In this document: piece after piece, positions 61,701 to 64,000 of the stretch | Numbering within the stretch: the stretch's first letter is position 1 | Layout of the letters: the number at the start of each line of letters is the position of its first letter | NCBI GenBank assembly: GCA_008690995.1 | Contig: VRMN01000018.1 | Coordinates: 124,001 to 188,000, forward strand | Source of the DNA: Porphyridium purpureum | Taxonomy: Eukaryota | DNA: 64,000 nt | Direction: 5' to 3' | Position numbers and translations under genes: made by a program | The notes under the pieces: generated by a model | The model's database searches: none | Seen by the model: only the letters and a program-made list of their open reading frames with translations | Told to the model about the DNA's origin: nothing

Positions 61701-62130
61701 TTCTCAAGGCATTTGAATGGGTCATGGCAGCACTTGATACATTCTGAATCATCGTGGCACAAAGCTGGTTAGCCCGAAAATACGACCACCAGCATAGCGC
61801 ACAGATGGAAACGGCAAGCATGCAAACAACTGCTTGTCCGAGCTTGCGTATCAATTGCAGCACAACTTGCCTGAAAGCACTCCGACGTTGCGTCTGTAAA
61901 TCTACGCCTGCGTCGGAAAGTGGGACGAACGCGCGTCGTGCGCGCCGCATGGCTTTGGCCCTATCCTCTGACGGAGGTCCGGTCGTCATGAAAACGATCG
62001 CCCATCTCGCTCGCTTCCGCCCTGCATCTGAACGACTTGGCCTTGTTGTGCAGGTGCACACATGATCGTGACCTCCCCGCGATCGCGCATGCGCTGCGCT
62101 CCATCTTGCGCAGAATGGTGCATACGCCAT
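55774..62130 (-). CDS. TIC236: TIC236 / TamB-like plastid envelope bridge protein
   Basis: MAYAPF transit peptide, N-terminal TM, long beta-rich body, LEQKRSEYHVEGSY, C-terminal TamB-like IEYPNVLSFEARGSLRMNG...PQGKVTF...LDPLVSMAL; 2118 aa. Confidence 0.85.
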   Translation of the reverse strand: MAYAPFCARWSAAHARSRGGHDHVCTCTTRPSRSDAGRKRARWAIVFMTTGPPSEDRAKAMRRARRAFVPLSDAGVDLQTQRRSAFRQVVLQLIRKLGQAVVCMLAVSICALCWWSYFRANQLCATMIQNVSSAAMTHSNALRTGRIRRFLISSPGVSIDGLRTVSYGKKKGVLGRRERRTSGDRDEAAQFGPDLDIETVNLHFSNVLRGILYHESIPYRILCRGGELHVKQSSHGPSFPWVHGVNPSVRVGKRSSLSSLVGDSSRRKTFSSWVRQLRFDPQIFEWSDSRLVLHPADLVVFGHGSEEQIIDKFRVSLSRTAHQVFRIEAHGSTGGGSGKDSESRLRFGTTVCLPDLLTAVQEKDTSRPVLTGVFSSTRLPARIIAAALNLPFRVEQGSLTGNLELQFMRHSATPLVSGRASFEGLMLRFAEEHESAPVLERMCGAFVFKRRQVHFDSVTGSFGRGRIPFRMGGSIDFTPESGFYALQGDTDAAHAGRILDVFQTEKFPYVRGLFSTRMKMYGVLEEPKISGALVSVPPQGTQEKDGAPDDCGVVFDKIELKHAYAHFAWDAEARKVIFTDMRAVLKHNPRNRSEIRGQGGIYFGPEKKVARKRSGRSRRTLPPVRPGIPPLPKDPLEIDPYAPERLHDSVRFDFNVERISSAYVLNKYGGKYGEWAQQLAGEMDADIVVAGPAKAPIGKISWRTVGKSPRLATDKATSPLVHEDTAAHGVAYAALGDPLTARRVRMQTWIDRVDGRRFLWDNLQIRDDILSRLPVIEGASRFDFVGTVTQRPLFVSAEELLREGLHRSPPVKLQAIDGHVCVYALEVNGLDFRREMRGAVRLREDFFGLDVMEETQRQTRMKALKPNSVDSEAFQSADILEDPNLHALTLAFRENESALIGFQVPGDPADARTLQLQPPQQEQQQQPGDEEAQVPMAAFGRAGPTPARYFRCSANAPQRAFKLDVRNMTVESVLGKQSGLRGDVTVTAELDGRKRSGEASLRLLKPCVEHVQVMEEISGDFLWAGDRLLLQNSKLEQKRSEYHVEGSYHLNSGASDFKVVVPRGDLRDWADILMSRDKRQSKILRTKVNRYDKTRDAGHVSDKGASEGNGERAMAGEEDDIRSAPGVGGGSDMSKVDEMTNGTSPANLPATRTSSQIQGTEARNSKASLNGLGPQWYDDLRGEFSGIVQADCQDFRRLRLFSLLTELQRSGNGLSMPSFMNLKRRLDAAQFNCSVEMNGFDVAVWENVQLGSGKLGMQWQNGVLSLNPSNLNGPKGLSAFASGQIDTNAADGSMALNFSSRVTQIPAEWLEHFVPETSLEVRGALSLHTEVHGTALKPLLDARLYWENGWIDGKRVRGFENSFIMNGKGVFVDFFAQIGRRSPRTRKEMLARQRLFAQIAPTAAFRTELERETEYGPLAGEPICIRFATNKQYSLTELLGLQPRRLVESVLMKMDKEEDAAQASTSNAAKAEGEQEPQSVQLHVDAQRCGTILLNAVLPSSNWLLGESDVFARVQGPLHNPRVFGFVSMEEGIAWPNVVQEPLENVRGDVFVYQDNVLDIRGLEARCGGRRVSADGLIPLFDSGLEFSSNWPATRSRRRAGLTLECGDLAVQMPKLYSGNVKGRLTLARSLSRPSVGGRVHLSEGVLYLSKPLPEMGDVDDPSNSMLTSDRIDADASTSGLKSTATTMRVETDGTAVFSNPGMSLDRSPRDLSQQSGDKDPTRIAADSEEHVPTTRERIQSAAEYVSSQSALFDMADLELSLRKNFKIEYPNVLSFEARGSLRMNGSTVDPKPQGKVTFPAGTINTLTSSFRLVRGSKHSATFTAGKDVLDPLVSMALEDQFMVARVKSVRATQALKSIDVYDKSGRRIGGVSEVLSRFVDELATHLMASDQNPSDHHHHIEASQAQPLLAARPQHQPSELDESKSDVTRMTEGSSFSARHEQLMLLDLIASLKVLFSRAAAANVSVNLPVQLSNAMTIRIFPVARRLVADSSAVLTPRGTSARAADVRLGAGVEFDFGKVTASVSSVSTPQQRVNLEYCVTLKPVEHVRTEFRASRERSFMNVGMGFRGTNPFQFCLRLLRKLVGVPPRPEHRRRWPQGSRRVKPHGLVIFGPEKDQ

Positions 62131-62243
62131 GGGCCACGCGAACGAGTCGCAGCCCGCACCCCGCCAAGAAGGTGGCGGTGCGTCTAACCCGCGCCGCCCG
62201 CAAGGCGTGGCCGTCGCTTCAATGTCGAAAACTTCTATTTCCT

Positions 62244-63434
62244 TTATACAGTGTCATGGGAATCAATGTCTGCTTTGCACAGGGGGCAACTCTTGTCGAC
62301 GCACAACCACTCGTCGATGCATTTGCTATGAAAGTGATGGCGGCACGGAAGGATTTTGAGACGCTCTGCATCGGCATATGCGCTGAGACAAATGACACAG
62401 CTTTGCTCGCTGCCAAACATCTCCGGGGCGGACGTAGCGTTGAACGCTTCGGTGGGCAACGCGGCAATCTGCTCGGCAGACGCACATCTGCCCCGCCGCT
62501 GCGCGCGCTCCGCGTATGGAAGCATCAAGCGAATGAACATCGGAAGGCAGCACATGATGAGGCAAAAGCAGAAGAGCGGCAATCCCAGAAGAGAGTAATA
62601 AATGATGGTCAGGACCAAGACCAACCGGTACAGGTGTGGGGCAGTCTGTGCGCATGACGCGCCGTCGCTCACCCAAATGCTTCCGATCAGAAACCACGCC
62701 AAATAGAGACCGTTTAAGATGCGAATCCACCTCAAGATCAGGTCTGGGTTCACAGATGAGCTCGTCGTCGGGTTGACGTCCGACCCGTACAAGTTTTCGG
62801 CCACTGTGGACCACGACGTTGCGCGAGAGAGTTCTGGCGACTGTGCATCAGACGCGAAAGATGCGGGCATGCTCGCGTCCACGGGACCCACGGAGATATT
62901 GGAATTCGTGGCGACGCCCATCCCGCCGGCCGTGAACACGACAGAAGGCGCTGTGGACCGAGGTGCCCCTGACGCGTCCTCGCTAATCAGTACAACCCTA
63001 TCCAACGCGCTGCGAGACGCCAGCCCGAGCACGACAGAGCACAGCTGCATTGCCATTAAAACCACCACCCATAGGTGCAGGAACGAATCGCAAGGCTTAT
63101 CCCAATCGATGTACAACACAATATACTCGGCGACAAACTCGAACGAGACGAGAAAGATCGACAGCATGCGCGCCGCCGGGGTCAAATCGCGTCGCATCTG
63201 GCTCGCCACATTCGAACGAAGTTGCACCGGTTGCGGAACACGCGACAGCGCTGCGGAGAGCTGCCGCCCTCGTTCTCCTTCTTCTCCGCTGGTGCGACCT
63301 TGCTCAGGTGCCACCAGCGAGTCGGACCGGTCAGGCGGCAAAGATGAATATCCATCCCCGCCACTCCTCTCCAGGTTCGCAGACGCTCGCATTGGTCGCA
63401 TGGGTGGGTCAAGTGCAGCGTGCGGTGACGCCAT
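62244..63434 (-). CDS. Transmembrane RING-H2 E3 ubiquitin ligase
   Basis: About 4 TM (WDKPCDSFLHLWV; WFLIGSIWV...CAQTAPHLY) and CVICLSAY...LPCRHHFHSKCIDEWL...CPLCK; ATG at 63434. Confidence 0.92.
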   Translation of the reverse strand: MASPHAALDPPMRPMRASANLERSGGDGYSSLPPDRSDSLVAPEQGRTSGEEGERGRQLSAALSRVPQPVQLRSNVASQMRRDLTPAARMLSIFLVSFEFVAEYIVLYIDWDKPCDSFLHLWVVVLMAMQLCSVVLGLASRSALDRVVLISEDASGAPRSTAPSVVFTAGGMGVATNSNISVGPVDASMPASFASDAQSPELSRATSWSTVAENLYGSDVNPTTSSSVNPDLILRWIRILNGLYLAWFLIGSIWVSDGASCAQTAPHLYRLVLVLTIIYYSLLGLPLFCFCLIMCCLPMFIRLMLPYAERAQRRGRCASAEQIAALPTEAFNATSAPEMFGSEQSCVICLSAYADAERLKILPCRHHFHSKCIDEWLCVDKSCPLCKADIDSHDTV

Positions 63435-64000
63435 CCTCAATCCACCTCTTCTCACACGCACAATCGGACGCAAGGGCCCTTACTCTCCTTGCTCTCTGCC
63501 TCTTTCTGGCTTCTCTCGCTCCCAGCCCAGCTGCTTTCTTGTTTCTTCCACACCCGCTTACATGCGGTAACGTGCACTGTACCCTATTAAATAACGCTTG
63601 TGTGTGTGTGTGTGTAAACAGGTGGACTAGTAAAGTAGCGTTATTTGTATTTGGTTGAATGCGGAACGCCGAACGTGGTTGCCGCGGTGCGTGACTCGCT
63701 CTGCTCTGGTTGCGTTCCTGCACATAAGCCGGAAGCTCACGGCTTGGACACGGCAAATGGGTTCAGCGCACCTAGCTGCTTGCTGTGCGCCATAGTCCGG
63801 ATCTCGTCAATCACCTCTCGCGACATGCGGTGGTCTGGAAAGATGGTTTGTTTGGAACCGTCCTCTGTACCGCAGAAGGGAATCAGAAGTAAACGCAGCC
63901 ACGACGTGCAATTCAGCGGAACCCCATGACAGATCACGCCCGCCAGAAAGGAGAGTTGCAAAAAACAAGGAGCGATCAAGTTAGACGACTGAATCAACAC

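Overview
Gene-dense, almost intron-free, GC-rich eukaryotic nuclear DNA. It is most likely from a unicellular red alga (Porphyridium-like; inferred from plastid transit peptides with F/Y near the N-terminus, TIC236, fibrillin and a beta-amylase lacking a transit peptide). The window holds about 28 protein genes, many in tight head-to-head pairs: MutT/Nudix, HisA, BCAT, a SnRK/CIPK-like kinase, DDX41, beta-amylase, fibrillin, m-AAA FtsH, BTB, Sel1, Sec16, epsilon-COP, Iwr1-like, PPR, 6PGD, a 2OG-Fe(II) oxygenase, profilin, two RING-H2 ligases, a J-protein, OSCP, TRAPPC13, TIC236 and several unknowns. I recognised no RNA genes, transposons or CRISPR arrays. Most interesting observations: (1) a recurrent intergenic palindrome CTGTAC-N5/6-GTACAG, four perfect copies all upstream of genes, plus a TTTAATAG element at a near-constant distance from start codons; (2) a plastid-type J-protein fused to a degenerate FNR-like oxidoreductase; (3) an in-frame TGA at the conserved Trp of a Sel1 repeat; (4) a small PDCD4-N-terminus-like protein with no MA3 domains; (5) a hidden three-intron 5' extension of the PPR gene; (6) two overlapping same-strand ORFs. 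All family calls come from motifs recognised by eye; no searches were run.
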